From: the human T2T-CHM13v2.0 reference genome, Homo sapiens
Strand: one strand, 5' to 3'
Length of the DNA: 64,000 nucleotides
Assembly (NCBI RefSeq): GCF_009914755.1
Contig: NC_060933.1
Shown: piece by piece, positions 14,221 to 31,277 of the stretch
Layout: each line of letters opens with the position of its first letter
Position numbering within the stretch: the stretch's first letter is position 1
Program-made: the position numbers and the translations under genes
Notes under the pieces: generated by a model
The model's database searches: none
Seen by the model: the letters and a program-made list of their open reading frames with translations, nothing else
Told to the model about the DNA's origin: nothing

Positions 14221-15691
14221 GCATCTGGCCTTTACTATCCTGGGATTCGTACAATTTCCCTTCATAAGAACATTATCAATACAACTGATTCTTTATTTTC
14301 ATAAGTGTGCTACAGTTACATAAGATGTTAACCTTAGGGAAAGCAGGTGAGAGGTATAGAAAAACTCTTTTGTGAATTAAAATGTTTCAAAATAAAGAGT
14401 TTTTTTAAAAAAGCAGCTTCCCGGATTAGTAGGAAAGTCAACCTTCCCCTTTCTTAGATCTAAAACATCCCAGGAGTGCTTAATTTTTGTCCAAGGCACC
14501 ATCCTGATTGTAATTTCCTCTCCAGTGGAGTTGGAGTCAGGCCTGATGGTTTCACAACCATAGCCCAGATGGACAACCCTCTAGCTTGCCAAATGGACAT
14601 TCCTATTTGCTGAACCTACAGGGTGACTGCCAGCAATCCAGATCCCCTTCCAGACTTGTGTCCTAAAACACTCAAAGGAAGATAAAAATAAAAGAGAATT
14701 CTTAGAAAAAGACAAGGAAAGAAAGACAAATTGAAGGGCCAATGGCTAATTTGGGCAGAACTACATGTTTAAGGACCCATGGGAGGCAAGATGAGGCCTC
14801 TGCCTGATGTTGAGTCTCCAGATCTAGGGTGGGCTGAGGGAGGGGTCCAGAGGAAGAGGCACAGAAAACTGAATGGCAGACTCAGGCCTTAGATATTCAA
14901 ATCCTCCCTAGGACTGTGTGTGTTGCCATGGACTCCACATTTTACAGAGAGCTATTTGGGGTTTAAATATTCTTCCCCCTTCACCACTCCACAAATCAAC
15001 TAAGACTCATTTGGGCAGGAGTGGATCTGCCCTGCCCTGCCTTGCTAGGCTGGAAACAAAGTGCTCAGCTCCTGGGGAGAGTGGGGTTTGTCCTTGCTCT
15101 CCGCTCACTAAGCAACCTGTTGATGAGCTTATAATTACCAGAACTGTGTGCTACAGAATGAATGTTCTTGGAGATTGTAATGATCGAAGTGAATGAACAT
15201 GCTTCAACATTTGGAAACGTGCTTGAGAAGAATAATTGCTTTAAAGTGCTTCATAAATTGTTGCTAGGAGACCACATCAAGATAGGCCTTTTTACTTACA
15301 ACTTGAAGTTCAACTGGCAGGAAATTCACCCATTCAAAATATAGATAAGCAAATAGAACAATTCAAAAAAGGAAGAATGAAAGACAGAAACCTGCCAGCT
15401 ATTAGAGAAAATCTTCCACCAAAAACATAATGGAGAACAAGAGCCAAGACAATGTTGCTGGTCTTTATGGATTTGCATCTTCGTTCTTACGGGTTATGTG
15501 TTCTTGGGCAATTTCTTTGCATGTCTCATATTTTCAGTTTTCTCATCTAAAAAAAGTGGAGATATCAATAGCTCACTCATAGGATTAGAGATGACTCACA
15601 TGTGGATGTATCCAGCACATAATGCTCAATATTTACTTATTTACACACACTTGTTCCAAAGCGTTTTGAGGTCACTTACAAAATTATTTCC

Positions 15692-16200
15692 TGACTAGTT
15701 TGTGTTGTCCCAAAAGCAGGCTCTGACACAATAAATTGGGTTTAGGTGGCTTATTTGGGAAGTGATTGCAGGAAACTTAAGTGAAATAGTGGAGAAAGGA
15801 AGACTGAAAAGGAACAAAAGTTCAAAGTTGCATCAGTGAGTAGGAAAGTCCAATACCAATAAATCCTACAGGGAACCCTCTGAAGCTCCATGGAGGACAT
15901 GCCGCAGGATTATCCTGCCAAGGGATGGGGAAGCTGAGGGATGTGTCCACTGACTCTCATTTCTCAGGGGTCAAGGGTTGCACCTGGGGATCTTAAGTTC
16001 CCAGTACCTCCACAATGTCCTGAGCAGTCTGATAATTTCTGGTAGAACAGGAGCAAACCCTCTGGGTGAAGAGTAGGGAGCCACAAGCACATGAGGTAGG
16101 CACCTGTCCACGTGGCCAGGAGCTGACCCACTCAAGCTGCATGTGAACTCAAAGGTGGGCCAGAGTGATACAGGGCTAGGTATCAACAGAATCTGCTACA
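15692..16200 (-). mobile_element. LTR33/LTR16-like ERVL solo LTR
   Basis: Ends caacagaatctgctaca (reverse complement TGTAGCAGATTCTGTTG). The other end is caaaagcaggctctgacac...ttatttgggaagtga. Confidence 0.65.
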
Positions 16201-17262
16201 CTTAGGATTCAACGAGGTAAAATTAGTTGATGAAGAAATTGAGGTCAAATAGAAACAAATACTCTGTGTTACTGAATCTTTAAAAAAAAAAAAAGATTAT
16301 TTTGTAGAAAGGCTGGCTGTAATGACTGACGACATTTTTTTTCTCTTTTCTAGACTTCTAATCAACACACTAGCCTGGAATTTGAGCAAGGATTCAATAT
16401 TGCTGTGGGCAATATATGGTTAGGCAAATCCTTCATATATGTCAGTCCCATGTTGACCCAACTCTAGGGAATCTGGAACATTCTTATGGCGTTCAACTAT
16501 GTTTGGACTTTAGGCCTGAAGCATTAAATTTGAAGTTTGGGCACCAAATAATAGTTGGAAATTACGTTCCCATTCTGCATGGATCAGGAAGGAAGTACAT
16601 CAGCTACTTTCCTATCCAGCAGACCCTTCCCTGCTTGATAGCTGTTTGCCATCTGAACCAATAACAAGCCAGCAGGGCTCAGACTTGGCATTCCCTAGCA
16701 TGGAAGAAGAAAAGCAATAAAAAATGTTAACCTCTAAAGTTTTTTCAACATGTCAGTTCCCCCCTTAGCTCTGGGAAGGGCATTAGCAGCACCATCATGC
16801 CCCATAGGAATGGAAAGCCATGTTGATGGCATAGACCAATAACAAGGGAATAGAGCAACGCAATATGACAGGAGCAGGCAGAAAGGCTGGCAATCCCTCC
16901 GCCAGACTCCCAACCTCCCAGCCCCCTTTCCAGGAATCATAAAGGTGAGATATGAAAATATGAGAAAGGATGAATGAAAAACAAGCAGGAGAAAGACCAC
17001 CAGATATTATATGCCCCTGATGGAAGAACACAACACCACTTACGAAGTAGTCTGGCTAAAAAATTGAACCTGGGTCTGATATAGACTCTAGTTTTAATTA
17101 CCAATGAACAGGAAATGCAAGGAACGAAGGAACATGTTAAATACCACTACAGGGATGAATGCAAAAACTCCAGACTGTGGGAAACTACTGAACAGAATCA
17201 GGTTTCCTCAACAAATACAGAGAAATCTATAGATTAAAAGAGACCTAAAAGATATATTGACT

Positions 17263-17583
<321 letters not shown>

Positions 17584-17646
17584 TCATATTTAAACAATGA
17601 AAATTATTTCAATCTTCCTTCAAACAAATTACGTAAAAAATAATGA

Positions 17647-17960
17647 GGCTGGGGGTGGTGTGGTAACAAATCATGTAAAAAATAATGAGGCTTCAGGAGG
17701 GTGAAGCAAGGGGATCCCTTTAGCCCATGAGTTCTAGACCCGGGCAGCATGGTGAAACCTTGTCTCTACAAAAAACGCAAAAATTTGCCGGGAATGGTAG
17801 CGTGCAACTGTAGTCCCAGCTACACGGAAGGCTGAGGTGGGAGAGTCTGAGCCTGGGAAGGTCGAGGGGCTGCAGCAAGTGGTGATTGCACCACTGCACT
17901 CCAGCCTGGGCAACAGAATAAGACCCTATCTCAAAATAAATAAATACATACAATAAAATA
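17647..17960 (+). mobile_element. AluJ with rearranged 5' end
   Basis: Diverged Alu whose 5' part is replaced by a copy of the flank. Confidence 0.85.
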
Positions 17961-18070
17961 TAATGAGTTTAAGAGAAAGGAAATTTAAACACTGGCTGAA
18001 TATTATGATATTACGAATAATATGATATTGTTAATTATTTGGGTCATGTAATAGTGGTCTTATTTAAAAC

Positions 18071-18467
18071 TTTTTTTTTATTTCAATAGCTTTGGGGCTG
18101 CAAGTGGTTTTTGATTACATGGATGAATTGTATAGTGGTGAAGTCTGAGATTTTAGTGCACCCATCACCTGTGTAGTGTACATTAGACCCAATAGGTAGT
18201 TTTTTTTATCCTTTGTGCCCTCTTACACCCTTCTCCTTCTGAGTCTCCATAGTCCATTACATCACTCTGGATGCCTCTGTGTACCCATAGCTTAGCTCCC
18301 ACTTATAAGTGAGAACATATAGTATGTGATTTTCCATTCCTGAGTTATTTCATTTAGAATAATGACCTCCAGCTCCATCAAAGTTGCTGCAAAAGACATT
18401 GTTTTATTTTTTTATGGCTGAGTAGTATTCCATGGTGTATATACACCACATTTTCTTTATCCGCTCA
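18071..18467 (-). mobile_element. L1PB-type 3' end
   Basis: tttcaatagctttgggg...gaattgtatagtggtgaagtctgagattttagtgcacccatc...agctcccacttataagtgagaacat. Confidence 0.85.
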
Positions 18468-18477
18468 ATAATGGTAC

Positions 18478-18748
18478 TTTTTTTTTTTTTTTTTTTTTGA
18501 GACACAGTCTTGCTCTGTCACCCAGGCTGGAGTGCACAATCTCGGCTCACTACAGCCTACGCCTCCCAAGCAATTCTCGTGCCTCAGCCTCCCAAGTAGC
18601 TGGGATTACAGCTAATTTTTGTATTTTTAGTAGAGATGGAGTCTCACTATGTTGGCCAGGTTAGTCTCAAACTCCTGACCTTAGGTGATCTGACCACCTT
18701 GGTCTCTCAAAGTGCTGGGATTACAGGCATGAGCCACCACATCCGGCC
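18478..18748 (-). mobile_element. AluS with several internal deletions
   Basis: TSD taatggtact. Confidence 0.92.
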
Positions 18749-18789
18749 TAATGGTACTATTTTTAAATAAAAATAATCTTGCCAGTGTT

Positions 18790-19090
<301 letters not shown>

Positions 19091-19671
19091 TAATCTATAT
19101 CTTTAAAAGATTGATTCTTAAATATTAATGGTGAAATTATATAATGTCTGGAACGTTCAAGAACACGGGCGGTGGGGATGGGTGGGCAGCCTTGTTCATG
19201 GTCTCATGAGTAACACCTGGGGTTCTTAAAATGATTTTGTCCACTTTTGTATCTATTTCAGATTCTCAAGAAAAAGGTAAAATACAAAACAAAGTAACAA
19301 CAAACCCAACAGGTAAGTGGGCTACCTTCAAAACGTGGCCAGCAGGCATATGAAGTCTGTTTCACCAGAAGGCATATTTTGGATGTGGGGATGTGTTCTG
19401 CTTGTGAGGAAGCTTTGGCTTCTCAGCTCTGAAAAGAATCAGGAAAAGGTCCAGAGTGGAGGAAGCAAGATGCCGCTCCTTAGATTGATGCTTGATCTCA
19501 AGGATCCAGCCTCTGCCACATGGCTCTCTCTGAAAGGACCTGCTTAAGGTTCTTCATTAAAACACATTTTCTACTGCAGATGCATGAGAGAGTGCTGTGA
19601 GTTACTACTGCAGGCATGGCTACATTCATGATTATGATTGAGACAGAGTGGAATTAATAAAACAATTTGGG

Positions 19672-20024
<353 letters not shown>

Positions 20025-20208
20025 TCATAAAGCTAAAAACAATTACCAATAGTAATAATAATAATGGAAGCTACCATTTATTGAGACCTGACTTTAGGCT
20101 TTGATTACTATCTCTGATTTACAGATAAGGAAAGGGAGACATAGAGAGGTTATATACTTTACCCAAGATGGAAGAGCTGAGATGTGGATGAACTGGAATT
20201 CAAACCCA

Positions 20209-20910
20209 CTGTGTTAGTTTTCTAGGGCTTCTATGACAAAGGAACACAGATTGGATGATCTAGACAACAAAAATTTATTTTCTCACAGTCTTGGAGGCTA
20301 GACAGCTGAGATCAAGGTGTCGGCAGGGTTGGTTCCTCGTGAGGGCGATGAGGGAGGGATCTGTTCCAGGCCTCTCTCCTCGGCTTGTAGATGGCTTTTC
20401 CCTGTGCCTTCACATACTCTTTTCTCTTTATGTGTCTGTGTCCACATTTCCTATTCTCATAAGGATACCAGTCACATTGGATTAGGGCCCACCATAATGA
20501 CCTCATTTTAATGTAATTACCTTTTTAAAAACTCTGTCTCTGGCTGACTATTAGCTCATTACCTGTAATCCCAACACTTTGAGAGGCCAAGGTAGGAGTT
20601 TGAGACCAGCCTGGACAACATAGGGAGAGCAAGCCTCTACAAAAAATTTAAAAATTCACCAGGTGTGGTGGTGCCCACCTGTAATCACAATTACTTGGGA
20701 GGCTGAGGTGGGAGGATAGCTTAAGCCAGAAGGGGTTGAGGCTGCAATTAAGCCATGATCATGCCACTGCACTCCAGCCTGGGCAACAGAGTGAGACCCT
20801 GTCTCAAACAAACAAACAAACAAACAAAAACCCTATCTTCAATTATGGTTGCATTCTGAGGTACTTGGGGTTAGGATTTCAACCTGTAAATTTTGAGACA
20901 GTACAGTTCA
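20209..20910 (-). mobile_element. MLT1B/C-type LTR interrupted by an AluJ (20542-20830, +)
   Basis: gatcaaggtgtcggcagggttggttcct...cattggattagggcccacc...ttctgaggtacttggggttaggatttcaac. Confidence 0.82.
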
Positions 20911-21262
20911 CTGTGTACCCCTCTGTAGCCTGCTTCCAGAATGCTCAGCCCTCACTCTTTTCACCAAATTCTCTACCACCAAAGGGACAATGGCCTGGGT
21001 AAAACCGCAGGTGCGCTCGCTCATATTTTGAGTCATAGGAGTATGCCAAGTATGGCCTCTCAAAGCATTGTTGCTGTCCATTAAAAGTCCATGGGTTATG
21101 GTTGAGGGAGCCTCCTAACATCTTGTGAACTGAGTGAAAAGAAACAAACATTTATTTGGGCGTTGGATTGACAGGGTGGTTCTCCTGCACATGCCTTGGT
21201 CCCAGTGAAGTTATGGTCGCTAAATCCTCAGGAACATTGCCTTCTCTGTTATCTTCGTCGTC

Positions 21263-21573
21263 TTTTTTTTTTTTTTTTTTTTTTTTTTTTGAGATGGTGT
21301 CTTGCTCTGTTGCCCAGGCTAGAGTGCAGTGGCACGATCTTGGCTCACTGCAACCTCCACCTCCTGGGTTCAAGCAATTCTCCCTGCCTCAGCCTCCTGA
21401 GTAGCTGGAATTACAGGCACCTGCCACCACGCTTGGCTAATTTTTGTATTTTTAGTAGAGACGGGGTTTCGCCATGTTGGCCAGGCTAGACATGAACTCC
21501 TGACCTCAAGTGATCCACATGCCTTGGCCTCCCAAAGTGCTGGGATTACAGGCGAGAGCCACAACACTTGGCC
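21263..21573 (-). mobile_element. AluS
   Basis: Full-length antisense Alu. Confidence 0.95.
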
Positions 21574-21929
21574 TTCTTCTTTTTCTATATCTTCAGTGTC
21601 TCACTCTCTACTCCCTTTCCCCAAAAGCCTATAAACATCCTTCTTAAAGACAAAAGCAAATTTGTTTACCACATGTTCCCTTGTCCCCCTCCAGTGACTG
21701 CTTCTTGTTCTTCACTTCTTATACAAACTTTCCAAAGGATCCATCTGCATTCACTCTTCCCACTGTCCTTCCTCCTGTTCAATCCTTGACTTCTCACAAT
21801 AAAATCCCCTCCCACCTTGCTTCTCATGTCCTAATTTCTAAATCCACTATTAGTCACTAATTGATCGTTTTTACTTTATTTCTTTGTCATATTTGGCCTT
21901 CCCTTTCTTGAAACTCTCCTCCATTGATG

Positions 21930-22610
<681 letters not shown>

Positions 22611-22624
22611 AATAATTATTTCCA

Positions 22625-22922
22625 GGCGGTCGTGGTGGCTCACGCCTGTAATCCCAGCACTTTAGGGGGCCAAGATGGGCAGATCACTTGAGGTCAGGAG
22701 TTCGAGATCAGCCTGGCCAACAAGGTGAAACCCCATCTCTACTAAAATACAAAAATTAGCCGGGCATGGTGGTGCGTGCCTGTAATCCCAGCTTGTCAGT
22801 AGGCTGAGGCAGGAGAATTGCTCGAACCCAGGAGGAGGAGGTTGCACTGGGTCGAGATTGCATCACTGCACTCCAGCCTGGGTGACAGAGCAAGACTCCC
22901 TCTCAAAAAAAGGGAAAAAAAA
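22625..22922 (+). mobile_element. AluS
   Basis: Full-length Alu. Confidence 0.95.
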
Positions 22923-23597
22923 GAATAAGCATTTCCATTATAAGAATTTCTGTAATAATTTTTTATCTCCCAATTTTCTTCCTACATCTTCAACTCTTCC
23001 TTCAAGAGCAACTCTTTTCCGTATCTACCTCACTAATGTTAGCATTTTTCATGGTTTTATCCTCCACCCTCTTCTACATACTCTCCCTATAAGAGCACCT
23101 CTACACTCACATCTGAAAGATCATCTGTAGACTTTTTACTTCCAACCCACAGTCTCCATGTTAGAGATCTAGGTCTATAGTGAGCATAATCCATCCAGTA
23201 GCAGCCTGGTAGGTATCTCTTCTGATGTTCCATAGGCTACTGAAACTCAGGGAACTGATAATCTCCCTTTCCCCTCTAAAAACAAACTTATTCTTCCTCC
23301 TGTTTTTCATAGGATCCAAGCTGTTACCAAGGACAGAAACTCGGGGTCATCCTTGATACTTTTTTCTAACAATTTTTTCAACAAACGAATCAATCACCAA
23401 GTCCAGTAAATTCTACTTTATAAATATCTCTAGATTAGGGTCCTTCTCTCAATCCCTATTGCAATTACATTTTCCTCAGGCTTTCACTATCTCCATCTTG
23501 ATTGCTCTATTAACCTCCTCACTCACTCATTTCTCTGTCTTATTGTACCACCCTCCAACTGTTCATTTCTGGATAGGATACATTTTAAAAATCCACT

Positions 23598-24198
<601 letters not shown>

Positions 24199-24313
24199 AT
24201 CCATTGAATACCTACTATGTCCCCTGGACAATACGCTATGGGCAGAGATGAAAGATACAGCTTTTCCCCACAAGGTGCTCACAATGTAGTGAGGTGGAGA
24301 AATAAACAATTGA

Positions 24314-24623
<310 letters not shown>

Positions 24624-25386
24624 TCAATACTTTGAGAACCCAGAAGATGGGCACGTAAACCAGGGAGATCTTTATAAGAGGCAAATTTAGTCATGCTTTC
24701 CACCAGCTTTAAATTCTTCCATGGTTCCCCAGTACCTTTAGATGAAGTTTAGAGTCCTCAAATGGCAAGCAAAGCCATTCAGATCTTTGAGACCCTCATC
24801 TCCTGCCTCAGTTGCCCTGTACTCTCATGCCTCTGCCTCTTCACATAGGCTAATCCTTCTGCCCAGAAAAACCTTTCTTCACAATCTTTCCATATACTCT
24901 TCACCTTTCAAAGCTCATAGCAAGAACCATGTCCTTGTGCAAGCCTTCCCTAACCTGCCAGCTTCTTCTGAGCTTCCTACTACCCTAATTTTATGACTGT
25001 ATTCTAATGCTCTCTCTCCAAGTGCAAGGGGGATGCAGCATCTTACTCCCTTTGGAATCTCCAGCACTGGGTCAGGCACACCACGGAGCTGAGAGAAATT
25101 TTCAGCCATTTGCTCCTCTGCCTCACTCAAATCCCACAGCACAGGCACACACCCTGAATGGTGATTGTGTGCCTGGACTTTGAACAATCCCTGTGGCCTT
25201 GTCCTCCAGCCTTTATAAATTGTTGATTTCCATTGTCTAATCATCCTCTGACTTGTGGCTGCCCAAGCCCTGGGCACCATGCCCGTTTCTGCAAGCCTGC
25301 TGGTACCCTCAGCCTGCCTGTCATGTCACAGTGTGATAGAATAATTCTCCTTTTACCTGCCTTTACCCAGTGCCCTTTCTGTATCA

Positions 25387-25469
25387 CAGTGTGGGGGTGG
25401 GTGTAGTGTGTTTGTACGTGTATGGGTGTGTGTGTGTGTGTGAGAGAGAGAGACAGAGACAGAGAGAGA
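25387..25469. repeat. (TG)n-(AG)n compound microsatellite
   Basis: Seen directly. Confidence 0.85.
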
Positions 25470-26008
25470 AGGGATGTTGTGAGCCAAACTTCAGAGATAG
25501 TGTTCAGCTTCAGCCCAGATAGCAAACTCAACCTCTTCACGAATCTTCACAGATAATCATGCATACTAGACATTCATTAGCTTAGTATATCTTATGAGAA
25601 TTTGTGCACTGACACAAAAGTTTCCATTGTGCAGCAGATACCTTTCTGCCAGTGTTGTGGTTGCATTCTTTCCCCCATCTCCCTGCCCTCCCCCTTCTTC
25701 ACTGTCTCTTAGGAGCAATACAATTCCTCTCCTTGTCTCATGCAAAGCAGTTTAGCAAACATTTTTTTCTTGATGGAGAAGGCCCTTGAGACTTTACCTT
25801 CCACCCCAAATGTCATTTCAAAGTATTTTTTCTAATCAAATAAAGGGCTCTCCCTCAGACGGTTCTGGTAACCAACATTTTCTCCACCTCATTACTTGCA
25901 AGTCTTCACAGTTCCGCCATTTGGCTATGGCTAAAGTTCATCCCTCAGGCCCCAAACAAGAAGAGTTGACAATTAGTAGAGTACAGGGCTTACTCACAGG
26001 ACACCATC

Positions 26009-26338
26009 TGTATTAGTCCATTCTCATACTGCTAATAAAGACATACCCAAGACTGGGTAATTTATAAAGAGGTTTAATTGACCCACAGTTTTGCATGGCT
26101 GGGGAGGCCTCAGGAAACTTACAATTATGGCAGAAGAGGAACCAAACACATCCTTCTTTACATGGTGGTAGGAGAAAGAAGAATGAGGGTTTTATAAGGG
26201 GGAAGGCCCTTATGAAACCATCAGATCTCGTGAGGACTTACTATCACGAGAATAGCACAGGGGAAACCATCCGCATAATTCAATTACCTCCCACTCTGTC
26301 CCTGCCATGACACAGGGGGATTTGGGAACTACAATTCA
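26009..26338 (-). mobile_element. THE1 (C/D-like) LTR, truncated at one end
   Basis: tgtattagtccattctcatactgct...ggggaggcctcaggaaacttacaat...gaactacaattca. Confidence 0.88.
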
Positions 26339-26536
26339 GCAAAATCCTGTCTCTACCCCCCAAAATATAAAAATTAGCTAGGTGTGATGGTGCATGCCTG
26401 TAGTCCAGCTACTCAGGAGGCTGAGGTGGGAGAATTGCTTCAGCCTGGGAAGTGGAGGTTGTAATGACCAGTGATCACATCACTGCTCTCTAGCCTGGGT
26501 GACAGACTGAGACTCCATCTCAAAAAAAAAAAAAAA
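26339..26536 (+). mobile_element. 5'-truncated AluJ fused to the THE1 LTR
   Basis: Starts near the end of the left arm, with right arm and A tail intact. Confidence 0.88.
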
Positions 26537-26723
26537 TTATCTCTCATTAAAATCCCTCAGGTGAGATTTTGATAAGGATTTCAAAGTACTGCATAGCCAT
26601 CTTTGGAGTGTTAAGTCCTGATGAGAGAACTTCAAATCTAACTTATCTTCCCCAGGATATATATTAGAAGTCACTCGAGCACATATGTATCATGCCAAGT
26701 ATTAAAAGTATTTGCAAATACAA

Positions 26724-27018
26724 GGCTGGGTGTGGTGGCTCATGCCTGTAATCCTAGCACTTTGGGAGCCTGAGACAAGCGGATCACCTGAGGTCAGGAG
26801 TTGGAGACCAGTCTGGCCAACACGGTAAAACCTCATCTCTACTAAAAATACAAAAATTATCTGGGCATGGTGGCATGTGCCTGTAATCCCAGCTACCCAG
26901 CAGGAGAATCGCTGGAACCTGGGAGGCAGAGGCTGCAGTGAGCTGAGTTTGCACCACTGCACTCCAGCCTGGGCGACAGACCGAGGCTCTGTCTCAAAAA
27001 AAAAAAAAAAAAAAAAAA
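26724..27018 (+). mobile_element. AluS
   Basis: Full-length with a small internal deletion. Confidence 0.95.
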
Positions 27019-28472
27019 TCTTTTCAAATACAGACAATGTAACGTTAAAAAATATATATATATTCCATGATGGGACAGGAACTGTAGAGTTATAAGGAAA
27101 AAGTAAAAGTCCCCTTTTGGTAGTGGCAGTAGCAGGAATTCAAGTGGGAGAACACTAAGGGGAAAGGGGAGAATGCACAGGTGGGGTTGGAGTGTGGCAA
27201 AAGGTCCATTGATCATCTGGAACTTTCCTCTGCTTCAACATGAAATGACTTGTGTTTGTTTTTGTGTCAGAGGCTGTTCTATCATCAGTGGACTTGAAAG
27301 AACTAATTTCAGCTCTCTTTTTATAACGCCTCATTTTAGAAGGAATGGTTTCTTCTTCTGCTGTCAGCACAAATGTAAAAATTAGGAACGTATCTGATTG
27401 CACCTGTAGTTACCCACTTGCAGCCACAATTAGCCATAAGCACCATCTGAAAATGGCAAAAGCCATTAAGCATGCCTGCAATTAAGTAATTGTGGGCATC
27501 ATTAGTTGCATCGTTAGTCACACGAGTAAGTTTTATGGTCACCACGGCTACCTCTTGATACCAAATTACCCACCCAACAAGGGAGCACTAGAGCAGCAAG
27601 CTGACCCCCCTTCCTTCTCCAATTTTGTGAAAATTGCATGCTTTTTTTCCAATTATTTCACACAAATGAATGGGGAATGTTTGGAAATACAAACTATGTC
27701 AAGCAAAAAAGAAATGGTCACCCTGGGTTCTGTGTGTAAATTGTTCATCTTTTATTGTTGTTGTCGTTGTTGTCATTTGACATACAACAAAGCAAAGTAA
27801 GCTATCTTTTTTTTTCTGGTAGAATAACTCACTTGTGGTATATAGGTGACAATATAATCTTTCACTTGTACATTTCTGTATATAGTTTATTTCACACCAT
27901 AGTTATCATTTCCCAATTTGAATATCTGCTACAAATTTTCAACTAGAGAGCTTTACATCCTGTTAGAATTGAAATGTTTAGATCTTTTTCCCAGAGGATT
28001 TTAGTCTGGAAGGAAAATGGGCCCAGAGACCTAGGAAGATAGTCTGCCTAGAGAATGATGATCTGTGGAAATGTCATTGAGAAATGTATTCTTAATGAAT
28101 CACTAGCCTGAGAATGAAACATAATGTTCTTCTAAATCCCAAGAAATAGATACTCATATAACAGATCAGAGTAGGGCAGAGAGATGCATACTTTAATTTA
28201 TATTTATTTATATTGTATGTTCAAGGGACTTGATATGACAACAGATTAATCATCCTTTTCTAAGTAGCATGTTGCAGATTTACCCATCCCAGAGATGAGT
28301 AGCTAGGCCCTATCAATTCCATTTGAGAGTTTAGAAAGTATGGAATAGAATAAGTAGCTCACAGTCTCCCATCTGTCTATTGGCCTCATTTGCCGTTTGG
28401 AGAGAGGAAATATTCCATCAGACTTTCTGACCCTAGTAACCTTAGACAAAAAAAGGGAAATCTGTCTCTAGA

Positions 28473-29135
<663 letters not shown>

Positions 29136-29809
29136 CTAAAATACATGGCTACCGTCAGAAAAAGGGGCCAATTGCAGTGGATCCAAATCTGATCAAAAGT
29201 GTGATAAATGGGTGGCAAAGTATTTAAATCCAAATTCACAGGCTGTAGTCTTGGCTTCACTGCTTACTAGCTACATAATCTTGGATGAAACACTTCTCAA
29301 GTTGCATTTAAAGCTATCATGTTGGAGGTAGTGTGGAGATTGGAGAGAAATCAGAGATGACGGTGAACCAGCTTGTCTTCCTTTTGCCTGGATGTCTATG
29401 CTCTGTACCATAGAAAGCTGTTCAGGGAAAAACACTGAAGGCCTTCCACCTTTATATATGATATTGCTTATAAAACAGACCAGAGCTTATTTTCCACCAG
29501 CTGGTTCTGAGATATTGGTATCCTTTAATTATTATGCTAAGAATGGACATTGATTCAATTTCTACTTGATTGAATGACTTCAGTGGCAGAGTTCCCAAAG
29601 GACATGCATTCATGCTGATAATGATGCTTGGAAACCCCAGATACATTCTGCTGGTTTGCTTTCTTTACTCTCTGCTATTCTAGGGAAAAAGAAAGGATTG
29701 GGCAGTAGAATAGCTTTTATTTGTTCATTCAACAACATTTATGACACTACTGTGTCTTAGAAATGGTGGTTGGTGCTGCAAAAGTCCATCCAGAAGCCAG
29801 ATGCTATAC

Positions 29810-29960
29810 TACATGGGAGTATTGTGGGTTAAAAAAAAAAAAAAAAAAAAAAAAAGCACTGGGCTTCAAGTCAGAAGACCTGAGTTCAAGTTACGACTTT
29901 GCTGGTAATTATCACTGTGTTTTGGAGACAAAGGCCTCATCTGGAAAATTATTGAAATGC
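29810..29960. mobile_element. MIR fragment containing an A25 run (29831-29855)
   Basis: gcactgggcttcaagtcagaagacctgagttcaag. Confidence 0.65.
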
Positions 29961-30154
29961 CCTTGAGCTGGAAAAAATCTCTGATTCCATGAAAGGTTAG
30001 ATCTCCATTAGCATGACTAAGGCCTGCTGCCTGACCTTAGAGAACTATCCAGCAAGCAGAAAAACACGCCTTCGCCCTCAGAATTCAACACGCATATCCC
30101 TTCCTGGATTCAGGCTGAGAAGATCAAATTAAAGTAAGATACACCAAAAGGAGC

Positions 30155-30465
<311 letters not shown>

Positions 30466-31244
30466 AGGAGCTTTTTATTAACTCAGAAGTTGTTCTTCTT
30501 GGGACCAGCACAGTACAAAAAAATCTCCAGGAGCCCAGGCACAACCCTACTGCAGGCTGGGGTTCAGAGAAAGGAGGGCCTTACAGAATAAGCAGGAATA
30601 TATCAGCTGGAAGGGCAGGGAGAACAACATTTCTGGCCTTTGATAGGCTTGGGACAAAGCAGAACTGCAGCTGAGAGGCTGCCAGTATTGGTGGTAGTGA
30701 AGGAGAAGTAGGTCCTCACAGGCAACCATATTTTCCCCAGATTGGCTTTGCATATCTGCAGTCTCAAGTTCTCTGAGTTCCAGAATCCTGTATCCAATTG
30801 CTTACCTAAAATCTCTATTGGAGTTCTCACTGATTTCTCACTGACACCTCAAGTTCAACAGTTCCTAACTGAATCATGATTTACCTCTATCCACACCCCC
30901 AATAGTCTGATTTCTCTCTAGTTCTCCCTTTCCTCGTAAATAGAACCACTGTATTGAATTGTACAAGTCAGAAACCTAGGATTCCACCCAGTGATAACTG
31001 TCCTTTCCTCTCTGATTGTAGTTCTCAAGTTGGTCTACTTTTCATCTCCAAACCCTGACCTGGTCTGAGCATTTGATCACCTTTACTCTGGAATACTACA
31101 ACATCTTCCTTATATCCACAATAGGAATGTGTCCAGTATTTTCTAAAAGCACAGCTAGAAAAACATCCTAAACCTGCTAGTCTGACAATGCCATTCATCA
31201 GATAAAACCTTTCAGTGACTTTTAGTTTTTGCAACCTAAAGCAC

Positions 31245-31245
<1 letters not shown>

Positions 31246-31276
<31 letters not shown>
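31246..31276. repeat. (CA)n microsatellite
   Basis: Seen directly. Confidence 0.95.

Positions 31277-31277
<1 letters not shown>

Noticed and set aside
13642-14323. Cys/Val/Tyr- or His/Thr-rich ORFs
   Set aside because: They are translations of the TG/TA simple repeat.
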